Source: Candidatus Micrarchaeota archaeon
Lineage (GTDB): Archaea > Micrarchaeota > Micrarchaeia > Anstonellales > Bilamarchaeaceae
DNA length: 46,286 nucleotides
Direction of reading: 5' to 3'
NCBI GenBank assembly: GCA_041694885.1
Contig: JBGFRX010000013.1
Coordinates: 1 to 46,286, forward strand
In this document: piece by piece, positions 1 to 8,557 of the stretch
Layout: the number at the start of each line of letters is the position of its first letter
How positions within the stretch are numbered: position 1 is the first letter of the stretch
The notes under the pieces: generated by a model
The model's input: the letters and a program-made list of their open reading frames with translations, nothing else
Databases searched by the model: none
What the model was told of the DNA's origin: nothing
Made by a program: the position numbers and the translations under genes

Positions 1-43
1 GGGCAAGGAAAACGTCGAATGTGAGAAGGAAGCCCTTTTTCAT
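1..43 (-). CDS. 5' end of a class III signal-peptide (pilin-like) protein, truncated by window start
   Basis: Manual translation MKKGFLLTFDVFLA: KG|F plus hydrophobic run; start overlaps the stop of the 40..540 ORF. Confidence 0.6.
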   Translation of the reverse strand, partial: MKKGFLLTFDVFLA

Positions 44-540
44 CTAAACACCTTCAGGCGCACGAGCGCGAGCGAATTGTTCAGGGTGGAAAGGCGCTCG
101 ATTGTGAGGGTGGTGTTTTGGCCTGTGCTGTTGGCGCCAAAGGAATAAACCGGTTCGCTGTTGGAATTCAGGATTGTGATTGAAAAATTGTATTTGGAAA
201 TGCCGAGCCGGTCTTTCACCAGGGAGTAGTTGGTAGCCATGAGTGCGCTCACCTTGTTTTCGTCAAGCACGCCCATTTCGTATTCCATTCCATAGTTGTT
301 CACGGCGCTTTCGTTCAGGGTATGCCAGTTCGCCGGCTCGCCCCTGCTAAGAAGTTCCTCCATCGCGTAATACGCCTTCGTTTCCATGTCCTTTTTTTCA
401 ATTGAAAGCGCAACCCCTTCGTAGAAAAGGGAAAAGAGGGCGAGCGAGAGTATCAGGGCTGCGAGCATTCCGGTGATGCCGAAGAGCGCGTCAATAGTGG
501 AGAACTGGGCTTTAGAGCGCTTCAACTGAAACCACCCCAT
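40..540 (-). CDS. Class III signal-peptide (pilin-like) protein
   Basis: KRSKA|QFSTID then hydrophobic helix; operonic with similar genes. Confidence 0.7.
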   Translation of the reverse strand: MGWFQLKRSKAQFSTIDALFGITGMLAALILSLALFSLFYEGVALSIEKKDMETKAYYAMEELLSRGEPANWHTLNESAVNNYGMEYEMGVLDENKVSALMATNYSLVKDRLGISKYNFSITILNSNSEPVYSFGANSTGQNTTLTIERLSTLNNSLALVRLKVFR

Positions 541-943
541 ATGTGTTTTTTACTCTTATTCCCCCAAGAGGCACTTCGGTGTTGTTGGTCCTGTTCGTGA
601 GCAGGGGCCAGTCGTAATATGCGCTGCCCACGCGCACGTTGAGGAATCGTTGGTCTATGGAGGCGCTCGCGTTTTCCGCGCCTATATACACGTCCGCATA
701 TGCGCCGTCTCCTCCAAGGAAAACCGCGTTCATCGCAGAGCCGAGGTCGCGCGCAACCATGAACGCGTCCATGGAATTTTTCGCGTGCGCTATATTGACT
801 ATCTGGCCTCCTGCCAATGAAATGGACAAAAGGAAAACAATCAAAACCCCGGAAAGCACCATAAGCATTTCAGTGGATGCCTGCCCTCTCAGCTGTTTTG
901 CGTTATGGGTTTCGCGTTTTGGTTCCGCTTTCATCATAATCAC
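512..943 (-). CDS. Class III signal-peptide (pilin-like) protein
   Basis: RG|QASTEML motif (E at +5) then hydrophobic helix. Confidence 0.75.
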   Translation of the reverse strand: MIMMKAEPKRETHNAKQLRGQASTEMLMVLSGVLIVFLLSISLAGGQIVNIAHAKNSMDAFMVARDLGSAMNAVFLGGDGAYADVYIGAENASASIDQRFLNVRVGSAYYDWPLLTNRTNNTEVPLGGIRVKNTYGVVSVEAL

Positions 944-3900
944 TCCATTATCTGCGATTGATTGAGCGCATAGTCGATTGTGCGCGCTGAAATTGCAGTT
1001 CCGTTCGCATTGAGGATGGAGGCGTTGAGCACGCCCCAGTAGAATGTCTTGTTCATCTGCGCAAGGATTATCCTTCCTGCAGGGTTCGCGCCTATTTCTC
1101 CAAGCGGATTCACTTCTGCAGCTGCTGAAAAACGTGCAAGCGTCTGTCCGGTTGCCGAGGATACGCTGATTATGCTGCCCTGGGCGAAGCCAGTGGTGAT
1201 GTCGTGGGTGCTGCTGAGCACCTTCATCCTGTAATCCGACGCAGTTCCTCCTGTGGAGCCGGATGCGCCGAAATCAGCAGGCGCGTAAACGAGCGCATTG
1301 CCCAGGAACAGCATGCTCCTGTTCTTTGCAAGGAAAACGTCCGCCTTCGCACCCAAAAGCGCGGGCGGGTTGTTGCCCCAGTCCCCAAAAACCATTATCT
1401 TGTAAAACGATTCGTCCACTGCTCCGGAAGTGATGTTGGAAGCGTATGCACTATCCATGAACCACCTGTACGTGTACGTCTGCGAAGTGTTGGCATAGAG
1501 CTCCACGTAATCCAGAAGCATGTAGTGCTGCGCGTTTCCGCTCGAGGTATGGGTTATGCGCGCCACAGCCCTGCTGCCCTGCACGTATGATGAGGCGGGA
1601 AGATTGGAGAAGTTGTACCAGCGCAGCGTGTTGCTCGCGTCCAAACGCCCCAGGTTCACCCATGCAGAGGAAAAATAGTTCCACAAATAGAAATAGACCC
1701 CGTGGCCCACGCTTCCCTGGTATTTGCCGTACATGTTCACTGCGAATTTGCTCGCATTAGTGGAGATATTGGTGAAATTGAAGAAGAAATCGAATGCAGG
1801 TTCGGTTATGTCCGTTTCGTTTATTATCCATGAGGCGCCGCCCAGCGCGAACGTTGCAGTGTAATTGTTGATTGCTCCTGCTGAAATGTTCACTGCCTGC
1901 GATGAAATGAAAACGGTCTGCGAAGTGTTGGAACTGTTCTTCGAATTTGCCGTTATCCAATTCACCCAGTCGTTCTCAGAAGCAGTGGGGGTTGTTCCGT
2001 AATACACGAACAGGATTTCCTTATATACTCTGAAAGAATAGACCGAATTTCTGCTCGGGATTTCATCACTATCATAGCATGCGATCACTGCCTCATGGAT
2101 TCCCCTGGACAACTGGCCGAGCACAACGGTGATATTTTCGGAAGGCGAATCGTATGCGCCGTCTACTGCGCTCATCGGGTATATAAGCTCATTATCCAGC
2201 GTGAGCCAGCAGGAGGTTATGTTCTTGTTGCTGTTTGCGGAGCCGTTCGCGAACGCTCTTATGCTTATTGAAGGAGTGCTGCTGTATGCTGGCTTGGGCG
2301 AATGCACCACGTTCTGGATGGTGATGTTATTGTAAGGCGGCTTCGCATACACGCCCAGCGGAACGGAAACATTGTACATCGCGTCTCCAGAGAAAGTTAT
2401 GTTTCCATAATAGTTGCCCGTAGACGCGTTTTCAGGAATGGAAAGCAAGAGCTTCTTCAATAAACAGGAATTTGGCTGGAGCGGACCGCTTGAAGAAGTG
2501 TTGAACACCCATGAACCGGGTTCACCTCCGGAAGGTATGTAGGAGACGTTATTTATGGAAATGTTGATTGCGCACACCATGAAAGTTTCCGATGTATTTC
2601 CCCCCAACTTCAGGGAAACGTTCCAGCTGGTTGGCGAAACGCTCATGTTCTGCGCAATCACCTTCACTGTGTTATTTATCAGCTGGGAGTAGGCCAAGTC
2701 CCCGGAAACGTTTATGCTTCCGTAATAGGTTCCGGGCGATGCGGAAACAGGAACAGTCACTGTAAGCGTCTTGACTGCGCACGTGCCTGAATTTATCGGG
2801 CCTATTGGAGTTATGCCCGTTATCCAGGATGCGGTGCTTCCTGCAGTAGTGAAAGTTACGGTCGAGAGATAAAGGTTCTCCGTGCATATTATGAAGTCCT
2901 CGGTGCTGTACGCGCCAGGTCCGAGCGTTGCGTTCCAGGAAACAGGACTAACGGTCATACGTGGGGGAAGCACGCTCATGCTGATGGTAACGCCTATACT
3001 GAAGTTGTTGGTCGGAGTGACCGCTGAAACGTTCAAGGTGCCGTTGTAGATGCCAGTTGTAGTTAATTGAGGAACCACAATGGTGATGTTTTTTGAGACG
3101 CATTCCGAGACGGATATCCTGGGAATAGGGTCAAGATTCGACAGCCAGCTGCCCGGCCCGCCTGAAGAAGGCGTGAACGTTACGTTTGTTAGTGCCTGGG
3201 GGCCGTTTGTGCATATTATGAATGTCTGGGTAAGGTTTTGGCCCGGCCCCAAAACCGCGGACCATTCCAGTGGATACACGGTCATATTGGAAGGGATGGA
3301 TATCATTACTCCGATTTCGGCGTAGAGCGCAAGGTTCTGGGTGTCGTTTAACAGAGAGGAGTTTGCGTTGAATCTGATGCTGCCGGAATAGCCGCCTGCT
3401 ATGTTCGATGCGGAGAAAAAGAGAGGGATCGTCCTTTCTCCGTACGGAGCGAGAACGAACTCCAGGTCAGAAGAGGAAACGGAAAGCGCAATTGCGGAAT
3501 GCTGCCAGTTCACAAAGCCATGAACAGTTATACTCTCGTTTGCAACGTTCGTTATTTTCACGTACTTTGTCACGTTGGAATTCGGTATTATGGTTGTGGA
3601 AACAAGACTGGGACTCATCCGAAAGAGCGAATTTCCGAAATAAACAGAGTTGCCGCGGGACATTATCGTGACCTCGTGCGCGCCTGCTGCCTGCGGAAGA
3701 GTCCCGTAAGCGGGGAACTCGAGATTTTCCACATGATATGTTTCGCGGGTCTTGATCACAACGGAATCGTTCATTATTCCGGAGCTTTCCGGAGAATATG
3801 TGGAAGGAAGAATTATCGTCAAGGTCTTCGTCGCATCCTCTCCCTGCGTGTAAACGTCCCTTGCTGCTGTCGCAAGGTCTGCGACCGTCTTCTTCGCCTC

Positions 3901-4047
3901 CGCATTCTCCTTCTGTATTCCAATGGTTATAATCTGCTCGGAGACGATGAAAAATACGGCTGAGAGGACAACTATGCTGACCGCCAACACGAGCATGAAT
4001 TCCACGCTCACCTGGCCGGATAATGTTCTTTTTCTTTTATGCTCCAT
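940..4047 (-). CDS. Large pilin-like surface protein with tandem Ig-like repeats
   Basis: SG|QVSVEF class III motif; three ~105-aa repeats; many N-x-S/T sequons. Confidence 0.75.
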   Translation of the reverse strand: MEHKRKRTLSGQVSVEFMLVLAVSIVVLSAVFFIVSEQIITIGIQKENAEAKKTVADLATAARDVYTQGEDATKTLTIILPSTYSPESSGIMNDSVVIKTRETYHVENLEFPAYGTLPQAAGAHEVTIMSRGNSVYFGNSLFRMSPSLVSTTIIPNSNVTKYVKITNVANESITVHGFVNWQHSAIALSVSSSDLEFVLAPYGERTIPLFFSASNIAGGYSGSIRFNANSSLLNDTQNLALYAEIGVMISIPSNMTVYPLEWSAVLGPGQNLTQTFIICTNGPQALTNVTFTPSSGGPGSWLSNLDPIPRISVSECVSKNITIVVPQLTTTGIYNGTLNVSAVTPTNNFSIGVTISMSVLPPRMTVSPVSWNATLGPGAYSTEDFIICTENLYLSTVTFTTAGSTASWITGITPIGPINSGTCAVKTLTVTVPVSASPGTYYGSINVSGDLAYSQLINNTVKVIAQNMSVSPTSWNVSLKLGGNTSETFMVCAINISINNVSYIPSGGEPGSWVFNTSSSGPLQPNSCLLKKLLLSIPENASTGNYYGNITFSGDAMYNVSVPLGVYAKPPYNNITIQNVVHSPKPAYSSTPSISIRAFANGSANSNKNITSCWLTLDNELIYPMSAVDGAYDSPSENITVVLGQLSRGIHEAVIACYDSDEIPSRNSVYSFRVYKEILFVYYGTTPTASENDWVNWITANSKNSSNTSQTVFISSQAVNISAGAINNYTATFALGGASWIINETDITEPAFDFFFNFTNISTNASKFAVNMYGKYQGSVGHGVYFYLWNYFSSAWVNLGRLDASNTLRWYNFSNLPASSYVQGSRAVARITHTSSGNAQHYMLLDYVELYANTSQTYTYRWFMDSAYASNITSGAVDESFYKIMVFGDWGNNPPALLGAKADVFLAKNRSMLFLGNALVYAPADFGASGSTGGTASDYRMKVLSSTHDITTGFAQGSIISVSSATGQTLARFSAAAEVNPLGEIGANPAGRIILAQMNKTFYWGVLNASILNANGTAISARTIDYALNQSQIME

Positions 4048-4079
4048 CGCTTCACTTCGCGGTTTTTGGATTCGTCAGG

Positions 4080-4195
4080 GCATTTCGCGTTCCCGGTTCC
4101 GTTTCCTGCCCTTTGGACAAACGCGGTTGAAAAGCCAGCAGCTTTCCGCAGGAGGACTTTCGAAGCGCCGGAAACAGGAAACAGTCCGCAAATGC
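4080..4195. repeat. Heptamer-flanked multi-hairpin intergenic element
   Basis: Terminal GCATTT/AAATGC, GTTCC..GTTTCC vs GGAAACAGGAAAC arms, inner AAAGC/GCTTT hairpin. Confidence 0.55.
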
Positions 4196-4201
4196 AGCTG
4201 C

Positions 4202-5137
4202 TCATTTTATGGGTCCGAACACCTGGGCTTCCGGGAACACTATCACTCCCTTGTTGGTTATCGTGAACGGGCATATCTTCTCCAGATGGAAAGTGTCGCG
4301 CATCTTTATCACTTCGAGCGCCCGATTCCTCGAGAGCTCCTTGCGCAGGTAGTATGTGAGTATCACTCCGTCCGAGAGGAATATCGAGCGGTCCTGAGTG
4401 CGCTCCCACTCGGTCTCTCCAACTTCTGCTATGACGAGTGTGGTTATGCCCCAGCGCCTCAGTATGGTGAACAAGTCCAGTATTGCCTCGCTTTCCCTGT
4501 ATGCGTTCTCGAAAAGCAGAGTGTAGGAAGTTAGCGAATCAATCACCACGCGCTTCGCGTTTATCGCGTCTATCGTATCTTTTATCGAGCCGCCGCCTTC
4601 ACTCAGTATGCTGTCCACTTCGTGCGGCTCGTATTTTATGAACGCGAACTTGTTCTGCTCCTCCAATTTCTTCAAATCCCAGCCGAAAAGTTCCGCATGT
4701 CTGTAAATCGCCTCCTTGCTTTCGTTGAATGAGATGTATATTCCGTTCTCGCCGTATTTCGATATGCCGTTGTTTAGATACTGGAGCCCGAATATCGTCT
4801 TTCCGGTTCCTGCGCCTCCGGAGAGCATGACCGTGCTTCCGCGCACGAACCCACCCTGCACTATTTCGTCGAAGCCGTCTATTCCGGTCGGAACGCGCTC
4901 CACTTTTATCGCAGTTGCAAGCTGAACGAACGACAATTCCTCTCTGAGCTTTTTCGAGATGTCCGCGAATTTTCTTCTCACAGCTGCGGGCTTCGCGTCG
5001 TCTTTTGCAGGTGCAGTTGTCGCTGCTTTGCTCTGCGGAGAAGCCGCTGCCTTTGCCGCCTGCTGGACACCCTTCACAGGAACAGCTGAAAATTTCGCTG
5101 CAGCTGCTGCGCTCCTCGTTGCTCTCGGTTTTGGCAT
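4202..5137 (-). CDS. KaiC/RAD55-family ATPase (single domain) with Ala/Lys-rich N-terminal tail
   Basis: PTGIDGFD, Walker A GGAGTGKT, Walker B VVIDS, LEVIKMR; likely start at ATG 5137. Confidence 0.9.
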   Translation of the reverse strand: MPKPRATRSAAAAAKFSAVPVKGVQQAAKAAASPQSKAATTAPAKDDAKPAAVRRKFADISKKLREELSFVQLATAIKVERVPTGIDGFDEIVQGGFVRGSTVMLSGGAGTGKTIFGLQYLNNGISKYGENGIYISFNESKEAIYRHAELFGWDLKKLEEQNKFAFIKYEPHEVDSILSEGGGSIKDTIDAINAKRVVIDSLTSYTLLFENAYRESEAILDLFTILRRWGITTLVIAEVGETEWERTQDRSIFLSDGVILTYYLRKELSRNRALEVIKMRDTFHLEKICPFTITNKGVIVFPEAQVFGPIK

Positions 5138-5256
5138 GTGGATAAATTCGTTAGAAGATTTATAAGGTTTTGCGCCCAAGTTTCTCTCAGACCCAGAAGT
5201 TTCTGTAAAATGAATGCAAAGCGCGCAGTAGAGAAAGGTGCGAAGGTGCATAAAAA

Positions 5257-5658
5257 ATGGAAATGGTGGTATTCGTCCTCAATTTTGCGTCCGGAATCTC
5301 CATGCTGCTCGTAATCTATGCTGCGTACATGATGGTGAGCAACTCTAAGGGTGATTTCGCGAAGGCGTTCAAGATCATACTTGTGGGCCACACCCCGAGC
5401 GTGATGATACATCTGCTTGGCTCGCTTTCCTATTTCGGAATCGAGATAATTCCGTACGGAAAAGGCACGGCATACATCGCGCTCAACCTCTCTAGCCAGA
5501 TTATCAGCGCGCTCTCGGTGTTCATAGCGATATATGTGATAAAACGCGCGCTCTACGACAAAATAGAGAAATTCCTGACCCAGTTCAGAAAGAGCGGCGA
5601 AAGCCCTAAAGAGAGGACGGGAAACAAGAAAACAAGGAAGGGGAAGCGCAATGGTTAG
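5257..5658 (+). CDS. Small membrane protein (about 3 TM)
   Basis: Hydrophobic helices; paralog of the next gene. Confidence 0.7.
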   Translation: MEMVVFVLNFASGISMLLVIYAAYMMVSNSKGDFAKAFKIILVGHTPSVMIHLLGSLSYFGIEIIPYGKGTAYIALNLSSQIISALSVFIAIYVIKRALYDKIEKFLTQFRKSGESPKERTGNKKTRKGKRNG

Positions 5659-5968
5659 CGGCAATGCAATGCTCTACCTCTCAAGTGCGCTCGCGATAGT
5701 CATGGTGATCACATTCTCCTTTTACATGGTCAGGAACACGAAGGGAAAGATGAGCGAGGGCTTCAAGATAATGCTGCTCGGCCACATACCGATGCTGCTC
5801 CTCCGCGTCGCAGAATTCGCGCTCATCTGGTATGGGGATTATTCGGTAAGCGACCTCAAGCTTTCTTTCCTGGAGCAAACCACGCAGATTATTGCCGCGC
5901 TTTCCGTTTTCATCGCGATTTATATAATACGGAATATGGCTTTTGTAAAGCAGACGAGGCATGCCTGA
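5651..5968 (+). CDS. Small membrane protein, paralog of 5257..5658
   Basis: FKIMLLGHIP vs FKIILVGHTP; QIIAALSVFIAIY vs QIISALSVFIAIY. Confidence 0.7.
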   Translation: MVSGNAMLYLSSALAIVMVITFSFYMVRNTKGKMSEGFKIMLLGHIPMLLLRVAEFALIWYGDYSVSDLKLSFLEQTTQIIAALSVFIAIYIIRNMAFVKQTRHA

Positions 5969-6482
5969 GATGAAGGACTACGCAGAGCTGATGAAGAGAG
6001 TGGAAAACGGGGCCACGGTTAGCATACGCCATGACCAGAAGACGGAGAGCGCCCTCTTGGATGGGTTGATAAGCCGCAAAAAAACGCTCGGTGTTTACCT
6101 GACGACGAAGCAGCCGCACGGCAAGATAATCGAGACCCTGGAGAAGGAAGGGATAGATCACACCTCGCTGTTCTTTTTGGACACAGTAGGAAAGGAAGGC
6201 GCAAAGGAGGACAACGTGTTCATACTGCGCGACCCCTCGGATTTGACGGAGCTCTCGGTTGTGATAACCGAGGTCATGGAGAACGAGGGTATAACTTTTC
6301 TGATAATAGATACTGTGGGCGGGCTCGAGACCTATGCGGAGAGTACGAGCGCGAAAAAGTTCCTGCACGCGCTCGTTTCCTATGTAAAGAAGCTCGGCAA
6401 ATCGCTCGTGATGGTTTACGACGAGCAGGGGAGCAAGGAATTGATGGATTTTGCAGCACAGATCTCGGATTATAGAAAGTAG
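5961..6482 (+). CDS. Degenerate RecA/KaiC-fold protein lacking Walker A
   Basis: VYLT..P, FFLD, PSDLTEL, FLIID; no GKT. Confidence 0.65.
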   Translation: MPEMKDYAELMKRVENGATVSIRHDQKTESALLDGLISRKKTLGVYLTTKQPHGKIIETLEKEGIDHTSLFFLDTVGKEGAKEDNVFILRDPSDLTELSVVITEVMENEGITFLIIDTVGGLETYAESTSAKKFLHALVSYVKKLGKSLVMVYDEQGSKELMDFAAQISDYRK

Positions 6483-6485
6483 GGC

Positions 6486-6545
6486 AAAACACGGAACTCA
6501 ATCGGAAAGAGCACAGCTCTTTATCGATTTGCGGCCTAAAGTCGC
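6486..6545. repeat. Heptamers plus AAAGAGC/GCTCTTT hairpin between convergent genes
   Basis: AAAACAC GGAACTC then GAAAGAGC-ACA-GCTCTTT and GCGGC-CTAAA-GTCGC. Confidence 0.5.
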
Positions 6546-6561
6546 ATGAAATGCCGGACAC

Positions 6562-7128
6562 TCATGCGCTCAGTTTTTCCATCTGCGCAGTGGCGAGCGA
6601 AGATAGTGAAGTGGCGAATGTTTCAGGAAGCTCCTTGGAGGAGAAAAGCACCAAGTTTACATAATGCTGCTTGCACATCGCCGAAAGCGCGTACAGGAAT
6701 CTGGTCGTTGTGCGTTCGTCGTTGTAAATCAGTACCGAGGAAAGAGAATCGAGGAAAAGAAACCTGAAGTCGTGCATCTTCAGCATGCGGGAGAGCACTA
6801 CCATCAGCCCCGTCAGGTCTCCTGGGAACGATACGAAAAACGCGTTTTCCAGTTCCCCTGTCCTTTCGCCCGTGTGCGTAGAAATGACGTCTAAGAAAAG
6901 GAGGCGGTTCTTCTGATCTATGTCCTTGAACAGATCTGCGAGCGAATTTGCCGGTTTGTTGAACGTAACATAAACAGCGTCGCCCTTCTTCCTGACCAAA
7001 AACGTTTCCATTACCTTGAGAAGATGCTTGTTGTAGTTCAAAGTGTCCATGGACAGCATAAATGTTGAAGGGGAATGCGTCCGCACCAGCTTTTCGTCAA
7101 GCATATTTTCCGGTTCCATGCCTGCCAT
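6562..7128 (-). CDS. Degenerate RecA/KaiC-fold protein, paralog of 5961..6482
   Basis: VYVTFNKP, LFLD, PGDLTGL, FLFLDSL; likely start 7128 or 7119. Confidence 0.65.
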   Translation of the reverse strand: MAGMEPENMLDEKLVRTHSPSTFMLSMDTLNYNKHLLKVMETFLVRKKGDAVYVTFNKPANSLADLFKDIDQKNRLLFLDVISTHTGERTGELENAFFVSFPGDLTGLMVVLSRMLKMHDFRFLFLDSLSSVLIYNDERTTTRFLYALSAMCKQHYVNLVLFSSKELPETFATSLSSLATAQMEKLSA

Positions 7129-8212
7129 GATCCATTGTGATGACTGAAGAAATATTAAATACTTTCGAAAGGCCGGAAAAAAAGCGCACTGGCCGGTCCA
7201 TGTTCCCGTAAAGCGAGAGCATGGAGTCAAGACCTGCGTAGCGCGAGAACCGCGCAGTGAAGCGGAGTGCGAACTCCGGCTGGACAGCGAAAAAGGAACG
7301 CAGGAGCGTGTGCGCCAGCATGTCCTTTTCATTTTCCATTTTCCATTTCAATTCGTATTCCTGGGGCGAATGTGCATATAAACCGGCAAGCCGCGCTCCT
7401 GCGCTTCCGAAGACCACACCGCCTCCTGAAGATGACTTCACCTGGCCTGCTGCGTCTCCGACTAAAAGGACGTTGGTGCTTCCGAATGATTCTGCGATTT
7501 TTGCCCGCGGTTCTATCGGGATCAGCCGGCCCATGGGCTTTCCGCTCTCCTTTGCCCCGGTTTTTTCAATGAGGAAATCGAGCCCTTTCTTCATTTTTGC
7601 TGCATTGCCTTCGGTCGTGCCCATCCCTATTTCGGCCTCGTATTCGTTGTACGGAATGAGCCAGCCGAAAAATCCGGGAAACTTTTCGTTGTCGTAGAAC
7701 ATTAGGACTGTGTTTGGTTCGTCCGTGCTGATTTTCACCTTTGTTTTAAGGGTGAATGCGAATTTTTTTATTTTCGGAAAATTGAAATGATGGGCAGTAT
7801 GGGAAAGCGTGCCATCCGCACCAATGATGGTTTTCTGTTTACTGGCTTCGCAGCAGTGCGAAAACCTCTTGCCGTAAAAAATTTTTGCGCCTTCTTCTTC
7901 CGCGTTCTGCGCGAGCGCATGGTCGAAGGCAGCGCGGTCTATCACGCACGCGGTTTCCGCTTTTCGGTCTATGACGAACTCTTCTCCTGCGAAATCAAAC
8001 ACCGCGCGGCTTATTTTGTTTATCGTATAAGGCCTGTAATCAACAATGTCGGAAAGGGACTGGAGCCCTTCTTTTGAGACGAGGCCAGAGCAGTGCTGGG
8101 GATAGCCGGCCTTTTCATGCTCTTCGTAAACCTCCACTTCATGTCCGGCCCTCAGTGCTGAGATGGCAGCTACGCTGCCTGACGGACCGGCACCGATAAT
8201 TCGTACTTTCAT
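7097..8212 (-). CDS. Geranylgeranyl reductase-family FAD oxidoreductase
   Basis: IIGAGPSG, P.HCSG, IDR..FD, IIGADG, GWLIP, LVGDAAG; likely start 8212. Confidence 0.9.
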   Translation of the reverse strand: MKVRIIGAGPSGSVAAISALRAGHEVEVYEEHEKAGYPQHCSGLVSKEGLQSLSDIVDYRPYTINKISRAVFDFAGEEFVIDRKAETACVIDRAAFDHALAQNAEEEGAKIFYGKRFSHCCEASKQKTIIGADGTLSHTAHHFNFPKIKKFAFTLKTKVKISTDEPNTVLMFYDNEKFPGFFGWLIPYNEYEAEIGMGTTEGNAAKMKKGLDFLIEKTGAKESGKPMGRLIPIEPRAKIAESFGSTNVLLVGDAAGQVKSSSGGGVVFGSAGARLAGLYAHSPQEYELKWKMENEKDMLAHTLLRSFFAVQPEFALRFTARFSRYAGLDSMLSLYGNMDRPVRFFSGLSKVFNISSVITMDHGRHGTGKYA

Positions 8213-8247
8213 GCGTTGATATCTAAGATGAAATAAATAAATGTTAG

Positions 8248-8430
8248 TGGGAGAGCCCGGAATTTCACTGTTTCCAATTTCGCGTCTTTCCGATCGGAAC
8301 ACGATCGAAAAGAGCTTCGCTCTTTTCCTAGCTTGCAGCCGAATTGTCGACTGCGTGAAACCGGAAACTGTTTTGAACCGGGATAACCAGCTCCCAAAGC
8401 TGGCAGCATACCAGGTTGGCTCACTCTCCC
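8248..8430 (-). tRNA. tRNA-Pro(TGG) with a 110-nt intron at 59/60 (8262..8371)
   Basis: Acceptor GGGAGAG/CTCTCCC; anticodon arm CCAGC-TTTGGGA-GCTGG; BHB TTCA AA^A ... TGAA AT^T restores T loop TTCAAAT. Confidence 0.9.
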
Positions 8431-8557
8431 TTCAATGAAACTCGATCGTGACACCGTGTGGCGAATCCCCAACTAAAGTCCGTTTGGACGACGAATCGTC
8501 GAAAACAGGAAACCCGAAACCGCTTATTTGCAGCAGCGATTGTTTTAAAAGAAAAAT

